Assembly (NCBI GenBank): GCA_018398765.1
Contig: JAHBMJ010000203.1
Span: forward strand, 1 to 54,489
Source of the DNA: Chromera velia
Taxonomy: Eukaryota
Reading direction: 5' to 3'
Length of the DNA: 54,489 bases
The translations under genes were made by a program, and so were the position numbers. The notes below the pieces were generated by a model, which saw only the letters and a list, made by a program, of their open reading frames with translations, was not told the origin of the DNA and made no database searches. Of this stretch, positions 35,575-47,575 are shown piece by piece (position 1 is the stretch's first letter; each line of letters begins with the position of its first letter).

Positions 35575-38446
35575 ATGCGCCAGATACCAACTTGATAATC
35601 AGTCTCCTTCCGTCTCGTTCTTTCCTTTCCAAAACACTGTGGGCGCAGTTAAAAGACTATGAAAAGGAGTGTCAGAGACTCCTTGCGTCCCGTGTTAGCT
35701 AAATGGAGTGCCCTGCTTGCGTTCTGCTTGCTTTGCTGGCTGTGAGGCTGGCTGGGAACTCTTTGTATCTCTTCTTCATCGAAGGATCTAGAGACGGAGA
35801 AGATGGAGAAGGCGGTCACTGCGATAGTCACGTCTGCATCGATCGGATCTCCCAAATCATGCAAGTGCCTAAATAAAATTAAGTGACTGAGAGTAGGCCA
35901 TGACATGCACGGCCTACATAAACGCATGCAAAAGCATAACATTCAATAAATCATGTAAGGCATCAAGAAATGGATGGAGCTAGATCAAAGGGCAGGAAAA
36001 GTGATTGAAATATAGGAGAAAACAAATCGAGGATGAACAGATCTAAGATCTAGGTCTATCCACTATCCAAGCCCGGTCGGTCCAGACGCGCGACTCACGG
36101 CCCACAGCACGCTGGGACCCTATAGTTCAACTCCCCCCCTTGATTACATTTCTGTGCAAAGAGAACGAGATCGAAACATAAGAGAGAAAAACAAAGGGAA
36201 GAAACAGCCACTTGCTTTAACTAACTACGCTTTGAAAGCTTCAACCCCCCCGCTCTTACCTTAAGTTCTCAACAGGAATCATTGACAAATGAAAGTAATC
36301 ATGGAGAAAGAGCAGAATTACACAGTGTGACTTTCTGTGTGCAACAGACCGATCATTTTTAAAGGCGGAATTATAGCAATATAAGCAACCGATCATTTTC
36401 AAAGGTGGAATTACAGTCACACACACTGCATACATAAAAGCAACCAATCATCTTTCATTCTAATGTCATTGGATCGATGCGTGTTCAAATTTTGATCCTT
36501 TTGGATCCTTTTCTGAGGAACAAGGCGCATGCAACGGAAAGAGAAGAAATTTACATACAGTTTACAAAGTGAGCCATCCATGCTTCCTGATCGGCAGGAT
36601 TCAACATATCAAAAATCTGATGCTCCCCTTGCTGCCCCCCCTCTGTCTTCTCAGTGTCTGTCCTACTCTCGACAGCTGGAGCATCTTCCTCCAGCTCTGC
36701 GTCAGAGTATTCTAAGATTGGCAAACTCTGGATCCAGGTAGGAGGCTGCTCGAACACCATATTAACAAAGCTGGCACCATAGCGAATGGTCTCGTTGGTT
36801 TCTGCTTCACAGGATATGACTGCCATTCTCACTTTCTCCCGGGTCATCTTTACTGTCTCTCTGCTGCTGTCCCCTTCTTTCTTGTCTTCTTGCATCTTCA
36901 ACATTGTAGAAGTGATCATGCAGTCGATATCAGCCTTAGAGAGAGACTGTCCCCCCTTCTGGCCTGAAGACTAGGAAAACTGGCTTTGCTGTTTTTCATC
37001 AGACTGCTGCTACCCTTGGTGGGACTGCTACTGCCTCTGCTGTCGATTCTTCCAGTTATTGCTTCTTCCAACGTTCCCGCTGCCTGAACCTTTCATCTTC
37101 TCACTCCACTTCCGAGAAAAGTCGGTGAGCATTTGGACCCTCTCAGGATTCATTGACTGAATGTCCTTAGAAAGGTCAGTTACAACAATCAACTGCTCAA
37201 GACTGGCACCGGAGGACCTGCTGGTGCTGTCATATGCCCTGTCCTTATGATACTTGGAAACCTTAATCTCCTTCTTCTTCACACTGGTGTTGCTGGAACT
37301 GCCTAGTGGAGCTGCAAAGACGGAAAACTCCAGACAAAACGGATGCAACCCACTCAAGGCGGGTGTGCTTCTGGTTCAAGGTCATCATGGCCTCCTCGAT
37401 AATCGACCTCTTGCATGTACTTCCAGCTGTGTTTGATGGAAACTGGATCGCCGGTACCTCCAACCTGCTTCTTCGGCTTAGTGCGGGTAAGGGCCCTGAT
37501 CTCTTCAGGGAGGAGAGACCAGAACTTGACCCTCATGACAAAATCGGCGGGCTCTAGGGACTGGCTCTTCAAATCTGCAAGCAACTCTTTATAGGCAAAG
37601 TACTTCTCCTTGAAGGACAGAGAGAATGCGACTCCAACAAGTGTAATCTTGGTGATGAGGGTGACGAAGGACTTGAAGGTTACCTACGCCATCTCCTTCT
37701 GGAGGTCTGGAGAAAGCTGTGTGTTGTCGCCAGAGAGGGTCTGCAAAAACTTTAGAATCTCTTCCTAGTCGCGAAGACGGTCTTCGAAGTCTGCAAGTTC
37801 CTCGCCAGCCTGCCTAACCAGAGGGACATGTTAAGGATCAGAAGTCAGAAACACAATCCGTCACTAGAGGGCCTTGTCCACGAGGAATGAAGAAACCTTG
37901 ATCGCTCCTTTGAGCTTTCGGAGTCCAGTATAGCTGGTATACTCCTTAGCTCACAGTTGAAGCAACTCAAGATAATCTTCAGACGAGTTGACTTGCTACC
38001 TTTATGGCGGCTCATTAGAAGTGAACTTCAGATTAGAAGAAGTGGAAAGATTCATCTGATCTGATTCTGATGACAAGATACAACAACAGTTGTTCAAAAA
38101 GGAACACAAAGAGAAGACAGATCTTCCTGTTAACCGCACTAAAGACTCAAGGGAAAATGAATATGCACACTGCCCACTAGAGGTAGGTCATCCTGTCAGA
38201 GCTCTTGATAGAAAGTCTATGCTCAAAGGGACAGGTCGCTAGATCAACTTACGAATCAATTTGGCAAGATCTGATCTCAACAAGACCTGACATGCACTCG
38301 GAAAATGACATGCGCACGAATATGCGCGGCGATCAATCGAATTCGCATGGAAGCGATTGCCCCGCGGCTGGCCTCGGACGCTCGGCCCGGTGGGTCCAGA
38401 CGCGCAACTCACGGCCTACAGCAGGCTGGGACCCTATAGTTCAACT
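35575..38446 (-). mobile_element. Decayed LTR-type element with a single gag-like ORF
   Basis: 62-bp direct repeat at 36071-36132 and 38385-38446; PPT aagggggggag abuts the 36132 copy; tca-ag-ttggtatc PBS-like site at about 35582-35595; stop-riddled ORF between the repeats. Confidence 0.6.
36551..38055 (-). pseudogene. Gag-like pseudogene (~500 codons, many stops)
   Basis: ATG at about 38055; consecutive helical-looking ORF pieces (37354-37584, 37028-37357, 36551-36919); no knuckle or pol motifs, so the call rests on context. Confidence 0.4.
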
Positions 38447-38788
38447 TAAATATTATATTATATAGTTTGATGTATTATTATTTGTAAGTGAATGAATGAA
38501 TGAATAAATGAGTTGACTAAGCCGGCGGAGCGCCAGAGCCTAGCTCCTGGCAGTCCATGCATGCAAGTCTGAGTCTCGTCAATTTTCTACCTCTAAAGAG
38601 AGACTGTAGACTGCATAACTAAAACCCAGATTTGTATACTGCGTATTATATAAGTATACTTAGTATTTGTGTCACTGGTACTAGCATGTAGGGTATTATG
38701 CCACAATTTGAATTGTGTCATACTATAGTTTCAGTGTAGAAATTACAGAACAGTGAGTATGGTACTTTAAATGACAATATCTTACATT

Positions 38789-39257
38789 ATCATTCATTCA
38801 TTCATTCATTCAGAATCATTCATTGATTCATTCATTCATTCATTCATTCGTTCGTCCGTTCGTTCGTTCATTCGTTCAATCGTTCGTTCGCTCGCTCGCT
38901 CGTTCGTTCGCTCACGCATTCATTCATTCATTCATTCATTCATTCATTCAGTATTCATTCATTCATTCATTCATTCATTCATTCATTCATTCATTCTGAT
39001 TCATTCATTCATTCATTCATTCATTCATTCAGAATCATTCATTCATTCATTCATTCATTCATTCATTCTGAATCATTCATTCATTCATTCATTCAGAATC
39101 ATTCATTCATTCATTCATTCATTCATTCATTCATTCTGAATCATTCATTCTGAATCATTCATTCATTCATTCAGAATCATTCATTCATTCATTCATTCAT
39201 TCATTCGTTCATTCATTCAGAATCATTCATTCATTCATTCTGAATCATTCATTCATT
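38789..39257. repeat. (ATTC)n / (GTTC)n tetranucleotide microsatellite
   Basis: Seen directly. Confidence 0.98.
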
Positions 39258-40090
39258 AGTTGACAGTTGTGTATAAGAAAAAATGATTCTAGGTGCCGCC
39301 TTTGCCCGCTTATAGCCGAAAAAGTGGGTGCCTGAAAGTTCACATTTCGAGTTCTCTAAAATTTGCTAGTTAGTCACCGACGTAGTCACCGAGATGTCTC
39401 AGAGGCTCCATCGCTTGCCCTCTTTGATCACTTGATATCGCTTGTGCACGACCGGTGCATGCGGTTTCTCTGCCCAATTGCAGTGCCTTTGCATGAGGTC
39501 GAACGACTCCACCTTCCTTCTTCTTGTCCTTTCAGACCTGCACGTCCAGAATCAAAGGAGGGAACAAAGGCGAGTAGAAATCGAGCAGGGACAAAATGAA
39601 ACGATATCATAAAATACAATCGATTTCTCAAAAAGGACACACAGAGAACAGAATGAAAAACGACAGTCTGAGAGAGAGAACAAGAATGAAGAGAGCAACA
39701 CCAAGCGCAGAAGAAAGAAGGTGACAAACAGAAAAGAGAGATTGCACTTGTGTTCATTCTCCTGCCCTCTTCTCTTTTCCTTTTTTGACTCAGAAGTCAT
39801 GCAGAGTGAATCTTTTCCCAGCATTGCCTTCAGCCCAGAGACACATGCAGGTGCTGTTTCTGTGTCTGTTTGGTTCGTTCTCGAGCTCTGGAAAAGTAGA
39901 AAAAGAAACCAGAAACTACGCCGACGTAAAGAAATGCAGACTGCATGTTACTGATGGAAGAGAGATGCACCCAACTCACGGCAGAGCTTTTCGTACTGTG
40001 TCTACGTGCATGTGTGTACACTTTCCATGGGAGGAAGAAAGTCACTCGGTGATAAAACCATATGACAAGTTTATCGTCAAATTATGCAAT

Positions 40091-40839
40091 CTATGTACTG
40101 GAATGCACCTGACTGACAGGAATGTCTCTTGCGAACTCCACCCTGATCGTTCTGCCCTCGATCTTTCTTCCGTTCAGAAGGGCGACTGCAGCTGCCGCAG
40201 TTGTCTTTGAGGTGAATCGTGCAAACCCGTACTGTTTGCTTGACTGGTTGGTGTGACGCAGCAATCTCGCCTCCTCCAGCCCGGCCTCTCCCGCAACTTC
40301 AGTGCCAAGAGTCCTCAGGTTCTCGTCACTCAGGGCTGCAGTCAGTCAGGCAGGCAGGTAGGCAGCTTCACAGATGCAGGTCTCTAAGGCTTCAATGCTT
40401 ACTCTTCTCGCTCAGGCGATGGAGCGTATTTGATGCTCAGTTTTCTTCTCCTCAAAACTACCTCTGTCAGACTGTCAGGAGAAGCAAGCAGATGGACATA
40501 CGCACACATACATACACAAAGTATCACACAGGCACTCAGAGAGAAGGGGGGGCAGGGGAGAAGGGGTTACGCCAACGAACCTCGAGGCAAGTTCTTCAGG
40601 ACAACCGTGTGCTGTCGTTTCTGCTCGGCCCTCTCACGCTGTTGACGCTCGACAGAAATGTTGTAATCAGAAAGGGCTCGGCCCTCCGCGAGCTGCTCTC
40701 CGTCAAAGACCAGAATCTGGTGAGGAGGGGCGACGCCAAACTTCTCCTGGATCTTGACCTTCAGGCTCTCGGTGGAGTCAGAAGGCTCCACATCGACTGG
40801 GATCGTCTCTCCGGCGTTTGTCTTGACGAAGATCTGCAT
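40091..40839 (-). CDS. Ubiquitin-like domain fused to an RRM; exon 1 40839-40581, exon 2 40335-40091 (3' end may splice further)
   Basis: MQIFVKT..G.TI...VEPSD....K.KIQEK.G..P..Q.L.F.G.QL..GR.LSDYNI; a phase-1 GT..CAG intron joins [17 protein letters not shown]...SKQYGFARF (RNP1)...[21 protein letters not shown]. Confidence 0.85.
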
Positions 40840-42014
40840 TGTGGTAGCCAGGAGGCGTCCCAAAAACAGAAGCAGGAACGGACAAGTTTCACAGAGGCAA
40901 TGTAGACGGAGCAGGATGCAAGTGTTGGTGAAGCAAAAAGACACTTCGCGAGTTGTATGTATACGAACACAAGCTCATTGCAAGTGTCTAGCTACTGTAT
41001 ATAAAACCGCCCCGCGGTCGACGGCCGGGCTTTTTATGCGCACGCATGATTCAATTATTTAATGCATGCATGCATATAAATTAAAGTTTGCATGCATGTT
41101 CGCGCGCATTTGCGCGCGCGCCAAGGTTATTATAGTAGTGCACGAATTGTCAGTTTGTCTGTCCTCGGAGGGAAGCTCAGGCAAATTGGAGGCCCTGAGA
41201 AGTATCGCGGAAAATAAACAAAGAAATTCTTGTGTACGCGACTTTTTAGTAACTCTGTATGAGAGAACAGCCGGTAAGTCACTCACGGTGTATGTGACTG
41301 ACCTATAGGGTGGGTGTGCAAGTCTGTGTGCTTCTGTAAAAGTATATAAAAGTAATAGCTAGAATGATAGTTGTAGAGATACTGATCGTAACGTTACAGA
41401 ACATATTACAACATATACAAACAACCTTAGTATTACTTAGTATTAAATTCTGACGCATCGATCGATCATCGTTTAAAATAATTCATAATATATCAGCCTC
41501 TAAAAGTTAAAAAGAAAAAATAATTATTTTTTTTTTTTTGTTATTGGTAGTTATTGGCACTTATTGCAAAATCTCTTTCTCCAAATTCATCTAAATTCAT
41601 GTTAAACTTTTTAAAATTCCTGTCAAGCTTTTTTAAATTCCTGTTAATTCCTAGGCCTATCCAATTTTTTCAAAATTACCACTCTACATTCCTTTAATTT
41701 TTTTGATCTCTACCAGATACGATCATAACTACTAGTAATATAATATATACATAATGCTAGATCATACTAGACTGGGCATATCAGCTAGCTAGCGCTGATT
41801 ATACTAGTACTAGGCTAGATATGTTATATGATAACTATCATGTGATAGCCACTGATAGGTAACGGCTTGATAGACTTAGACAAACAGCGAATTAGACACA
41901 GACTAGAACACTGCGTCATATGAATAAAGCTTCGTGCCAGAGAAAAAGAGGTGGAGTTGCTACTTCGAATCCAGGGAGACGGAAGGGAGAGAGTGGTGAG
42001 GGTGAGCGGACAGC

Positions 42015-42700
<686 letters not shown>

Positions 42701-42874
42701 AAGCCTGACTTGATGACATGCGGTGTCTTAAGTACATCATACTGAGCTGTCGTCCAAAGATTCAAATGTGTCGGAGTCGTTTCCAGGGAGTGCTGTGCGG
42801 ATGCTGACCTTGCAAAGTGATTCCACTGCGACTATTTGTGCACTCAGACTGCCTGTTATTGCATGGACTCACAG

Positions 42875-43798
42875 CTACGTATCTGACGTGTTCGAACTTG
42901 GCTTCAGCCACTCCATGATTCTTTGGGCAACATATTCAACTGTCATGCTCTCTTGTAGATCTATTCCGAGGGTATGGCCTTCTGAAATTTCGGCCGCACT
43001 GGCGGGACAGAAACCTGTGCGGACTGTTGAGTGAAATTTTGTGAGTTCTTCGAGAGTTTGTCCCTTTTCTCCCATGGAGACCAGCCAATCAAACAGAGAC
43101 TTTCCCTCAGCAGCAGCCAGTCCTTCTGCTTGTGCCATTTTTCGAGTGGTTGCCATTGAGGGAGCGGCGTTGATGACCACGACTTTGACGGCGACACCGT
43201 CTCCTAAACTTTTCCCCACCGTCTCCCTCAAAAAGCATCGAATTCGAGGCTCAAAAATTGAATGAGTGAGCATAACATTTTTCAGTCCCCGCTGTTTGAC
43301 GAGTTTCTTCAGGAGCCAGTCAAACTTTTTAATTGACCCTTGTGTTGTCAGAACAACTACATTACTCTGTATACTCAAGTCATGCAGACAGAAATGCAGT
43401 CCACGCAGAGTCCCACTAGATCGGGTGCCGATGCAGTGATCACCATGACCCTCGGTGAGTGTGCGGAGAACCACGTGGGAATGGAACAGTTGGGGGTCTT
43501 CCGCAAGCATATCATACAATCTATGGAAGACCACTGGGTCCGATTCCTGGTTCTGAAAAAGTCTCCCGAATCCCCTTTCCAACACAGCTCCATAGGCCTC
43601 TTTCAGTTCCGGCCTCACGGTCTCCTTCATCTCCTTCGTGGGAACCAGCCCGGACTGCTCAATCGGGTCTCCTCCATACACGTACACGTCTGTGTCAAAG
43701 TGCACCCACTCCGCCCCGGGAAGCTTCTTGAAGAAGTCTCCGAAAGACGTTTTCCCGGCTCCGGACGGGCCAGACACAATCACCACCCGTTCACTCAT
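42875..43798 (-). CDS. P-loop kinase-like protein (NMP/gluconate-kinase fold), 307 aa, with a probable ~60-aa foreign insert
   Basis: N-terminal VVIVSGPSGAGKT Walker A followed by VHFDTD; open frame without introns. Confidence 0.8.
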   Translation of the reverse strand: MSERVVIVSGPSGAGKTSFGDFFKKLPGAEWVHFDTDVYVYGGDPIEQSGLVPTKEMKETVRPELKEAYGAVLERGFGRLFQNQESDPVVFHRLYDMLAEDPQLFHSHVVLRTLTEGHGDHCIGTRSSGTLRGLHFCLHDLSIQSNVVVLTTQGSIKKFDWLLKKLVKQRGLKNVMLTHSIFEPRIRCFLRETVGKSLGDGVAVKVVVINAAPSMATTRKMAQAEGLAAAEGKSLFDWLVSMGEKGQTLEELTKFHSTVRTGFCPASAAEISEGHTLGIDLQESMTVEYVAQRIMEWLKPSSNTSDT

Positions 43799-45947
43799 AC
43801 TCCCGTGCCAGAATCACCGTCCCAATCTCACAACCTGGTCGAGAAGCTGTAAGGTCGACGTAGACGGCGAAGCAACAAGTTTTGACAATCTTTGAATGAG
43901 AGTCAGTGATTGATGAAGGCGTGGTCGGAGACATGGATCTGCATGGAGACGCTTGCATGGAGACGGCGAATTCTGCATGCATGAGTGCATGGTGAAAATC
44001 GGCGGCCCGCGGCCGCCGCCGCCCGTGCAGGGCCGGCCGCGCGGGCCGGCCGGCTGCATGCATCTGACGCAAGCAAGCTTGCGAACGGCCCCGGAAAGCA
44101 AGAAAAAATTGCAACTGCATGGTTGACGCATGCTATATAGCTGCTTGAAGTGGATTGAAGCCACGCAGAAAAGTGCACTCACATGCATACAGTCAGGGGG
44201 GGATAACCCGGACGTATGTAAGATTTTATGTATTTTCTAAAAAATACTGTAGAATGAAAACTAAGTTTAAGAAAATTTAAATCCATAACATAATTAATTT
44301 TCTTATATACCGCATCCAATCAAAATTTGCATTTCGTCGTCTGGATTAGGATTGAGATTGACTTTTGGGCCAAAAAAATTGGCGGCCCGGGACTGATTTT
44401 TGGGTGTCGGGGGACCCCCCCGCAGCACTCCGGCATGCCCCTGGGCAATAGACTTTCCGGGGCCACTGGATTGACTTTTCCGGGACCACTTGGATATCCG
44501 ATTAACTTTTTGACACAAAAATCGGTTTGGTCAGGCAAGGCTTCTCCAAAGCGTAAAAGCATACTTCTCCACAGTATGTGTGCTCTGTCAGTGCCATTTA
44601 CTTGTAGGGGCATCGTAGTGTTGCGCCTTTATGTCTGAAGAACTGTATTCTGCCACAGAAACGTTCCAACTTGCGGAGACGAACTGTTACTTTCATGTTC
44701 CTCACATAAGCCTTCCTGTCCTCTTTTGTTCTCTTCCTTTCCTCTTCCGTTGGAAGCAACTTTCAATCTGGTTTATCTTCCGTGTAGGCTGCAATCTGGT
44801 TCCCTCATTCTGAAGTCTAAAGGCATTATGACCCACCCAGTTGCACCTTTCGGGGCAGTTTTACCTTTGGCTGCTGGTGTACCACACTCACTTTCACAAG
44901 CTCAAGAGTTTCGAGTCAGTGCGTTCTCCAGATTTGTGAGCATCATCAACTGTTGTCAGTTGACTTTTTGCTTACTCCGTTTTTACTCTTTTGCGTGCAG
45001 GCCGGTGCACGCCCCCTGGGAGTACGTACTCAAAGCACCCTGCCGCACAGATTGCAAAGAACGCCTGCCACTGGCAGATCTCTCTACTGAACTACTGGAT
45101 CTTTTACATCTCCTTCGGAATCCATCTAGTCAGTCTCTCTATAGTCTTTCCTTTCCTTCCCTTGTATCCGTTTCTCTTGTCTGCGATCCTTTTCCTTTAA
45201 AATTCTTGATCCACTCCCTTTAGAAGTCAATGATGGTCTCAATTCTTGTGGTTGTCTGACTTTGTGTATTACAAGGCTGGGTGATTGCTGCCGCCATCTT
45301 GAACTGGAACATCATGACTATGGCCCAGGCAGGAGGCCCTGGCAGTGCTCAGCAGCAGCCTTCTGTTGCTATTCTCTCTCTGGATGGCACGTTGGACTGT
45401 CCAGGAGCTTTGTTGGGTAGTGGTGGTAGTGTGGGCATGTGTCAGTATTTTGGATGTCGAGGGGGTTGGGCAGCAGACATCAAATGACATAAGGAGGCTG
45501 GCTGTTTCGAAGTGGCTTGACGGGGTGCACGTATCAGTAATAGCAGTGCTTTGTCCCCCTTGTCCAGCCACCTTATGGCGTCCAGACAGAAAGTAAAGCA
45601 AGGATAAGGACCTTAGGGAAGATCTACAACAGTCAGTCATACAACAGTTTACAGAAGGTTCGTCCCTACATCAGTTTAAGTTCTAGTGCGATCTGGGATT
45701 CCAATCAGCTGGGTTCTTTCTATCATTACACAATTTCCACTTATGTTTCTGTCTGTTCCTCTCTCTCAGAGTCTCAGACTCCCGATCTATGACAAACAGA
45801 CATCAAACTCAAACAATGCTATCCGTTGCTCGAGTAACATGTTGCATGCTTGAATATGAAGGTCGGACTCGATCGACTTCAACAACTTTAATCGATGCGC
45901 GCGACACGTACAAAGCAAAGCGCGGCTTCGGAGCCTGGCGTCAGCAC

Positions 45948-46955
45948 GCGGGCTCATTCAGATATAGCGTATGCAAGGGTCCAGAGGGCGGCACCACAGG
46001 GTAGGACTCCACAGCAGCCTTCTATTATCAGAAAGTCCACACTGTGTACAATTGGATAAAGAGATGGAAGGATGAGGGCACTGCTGACAGGAAGAAACAA
46101 CAGGCCGCACACCTTTGAAAAATTCACTTGGCAGAAAACGATATCGTTCTTCAACTGGTGGAGGACCACCCATATTGGATTTTAGAAAACTATACCAAGG
46201 TTTTAAAGCAGAAGTTGAACAAACGTTTCACCAAACAGACCCTCTTGAATATGTTTCAGAGAATTGGACTGACAAAAAAGAAATTAAAACACTTTACATT
46301 GGAGAAACGAAGAATCGAAATTGATCGTTTCATCTCTAATGTTAAAGATAAGCACCCTGGATGCTTTATTTAGTTTGACGAGGTGCCGTTTCGCGTATCC
46401 GAAGCACACTCTAGAATAGGGTGGTCTCTCCGTGGTACTAGAACTGCCACTAGGGAGAATTTTAGGGATGTGAAACAGGGTTTGATGGTGTTGGCTGCCA
46501 TGAATGAAGAAAGGCTTTTTTTTTTATTGATTGCCCCCTCAACAGTAACGTCTACACTTCTGGCTCAGTACTTAGAGACCTGTATTTTTCCCTTTATGAA
46601 TGCATATGATCCTTTCAATCCTCAGCCAAATTCAATCTTTGTGTGGGACAATGCGGGGCCCCACAAAGCTTTGAAAAATTGGCTTTTCACTCGTCTTACA
46701 CAAATCGGGGCCCTGTTTATTCTTCTTCCTCCTCACTGTCCGGAGTTTAATCCTATTGAGATGATTTTTGGCATGATGAAGGATAAAGTAAAGAGAGACT
46801 TGGAGTTGTCTACTGCTTTGCGCATTGGGGGAATTGCTTAACTGCCTGTTGTGGTGAATCGTCTTTTCGATCAGGATAAAGGAGAGGATAATCATATTCA
46901 ATCGCGATATCTACAAAAAGCCATTCGCCTCGCACAGGTATATGATTGCTCATAG
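45948..46955 (+). pseudogene. IS630/Tc1-family transposase (DD36E), inactivated
   Basis: HTH TVYNWIKRW, GLTKKK, FI*FDE, FVWDNAGPH and LPPHCPEFNPIE; stops at 46116, 46371 and 46839 plus an N-terminal frameshift. Confidence 0.93.
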
Positions 46956-47575
46956 TGGGATTCTTCTGATCTTGAAGAAGTCGATGCAATGCAGGATGGT
47001 GAGGAAGTTTTACAATTGGTCTATAGTGTGTAGTGGTTGGCTGAAATGAGAAATGATGACTCTGATTTCTTTTAAACTGAAAAGTAATAAAATTGGAAGT
47101 CAATAAATCGACTCATTAAAATTAAACGTAATTTAATTTATTTGATAAAAATAAACTATTGATTGATTATAACTATTAACTAATCTAATTAATTTAATTT
47201 GTGTGCAATCAATTTGACTTAGGAGCACTAATTGAATTTAATTATTTCAATTTATTGACAATGTCGATCATACATGCATTTTGTCATAACAGCATGACGC
47301 CCAGTATAAACCAATTTAAAGGGAGAGATGCCCCTCCCCCTCTGATAATCGTGTGCATCTACAAGGACTGTCAAGGAGAAGAAAAGGGAGGGGAGGGTGG
47401 GATGGGTGGGGGGGAAAAGCCGGAGCGAAGAGGATGGAGGGGGAAACGGAAAGAGTTGAAAAAGGAATCGGAAGTCTCCCCCCGCCCCTAAACGGATCTC
47501 CCTTCTCCCCTCCCCCTTGTGTGTGTCTTTCCCCCCCCAACAAAGGATATAGGAGGATATGGGAGGGATAGGGAC

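Noticed and set aside
40567..40944. Canonical ubiquitin, or the unspliced 125-aa ORF
   Set aside because: Divergent and lacks LRGG; the start at 40839 and splicing to an RRM exon fit better.
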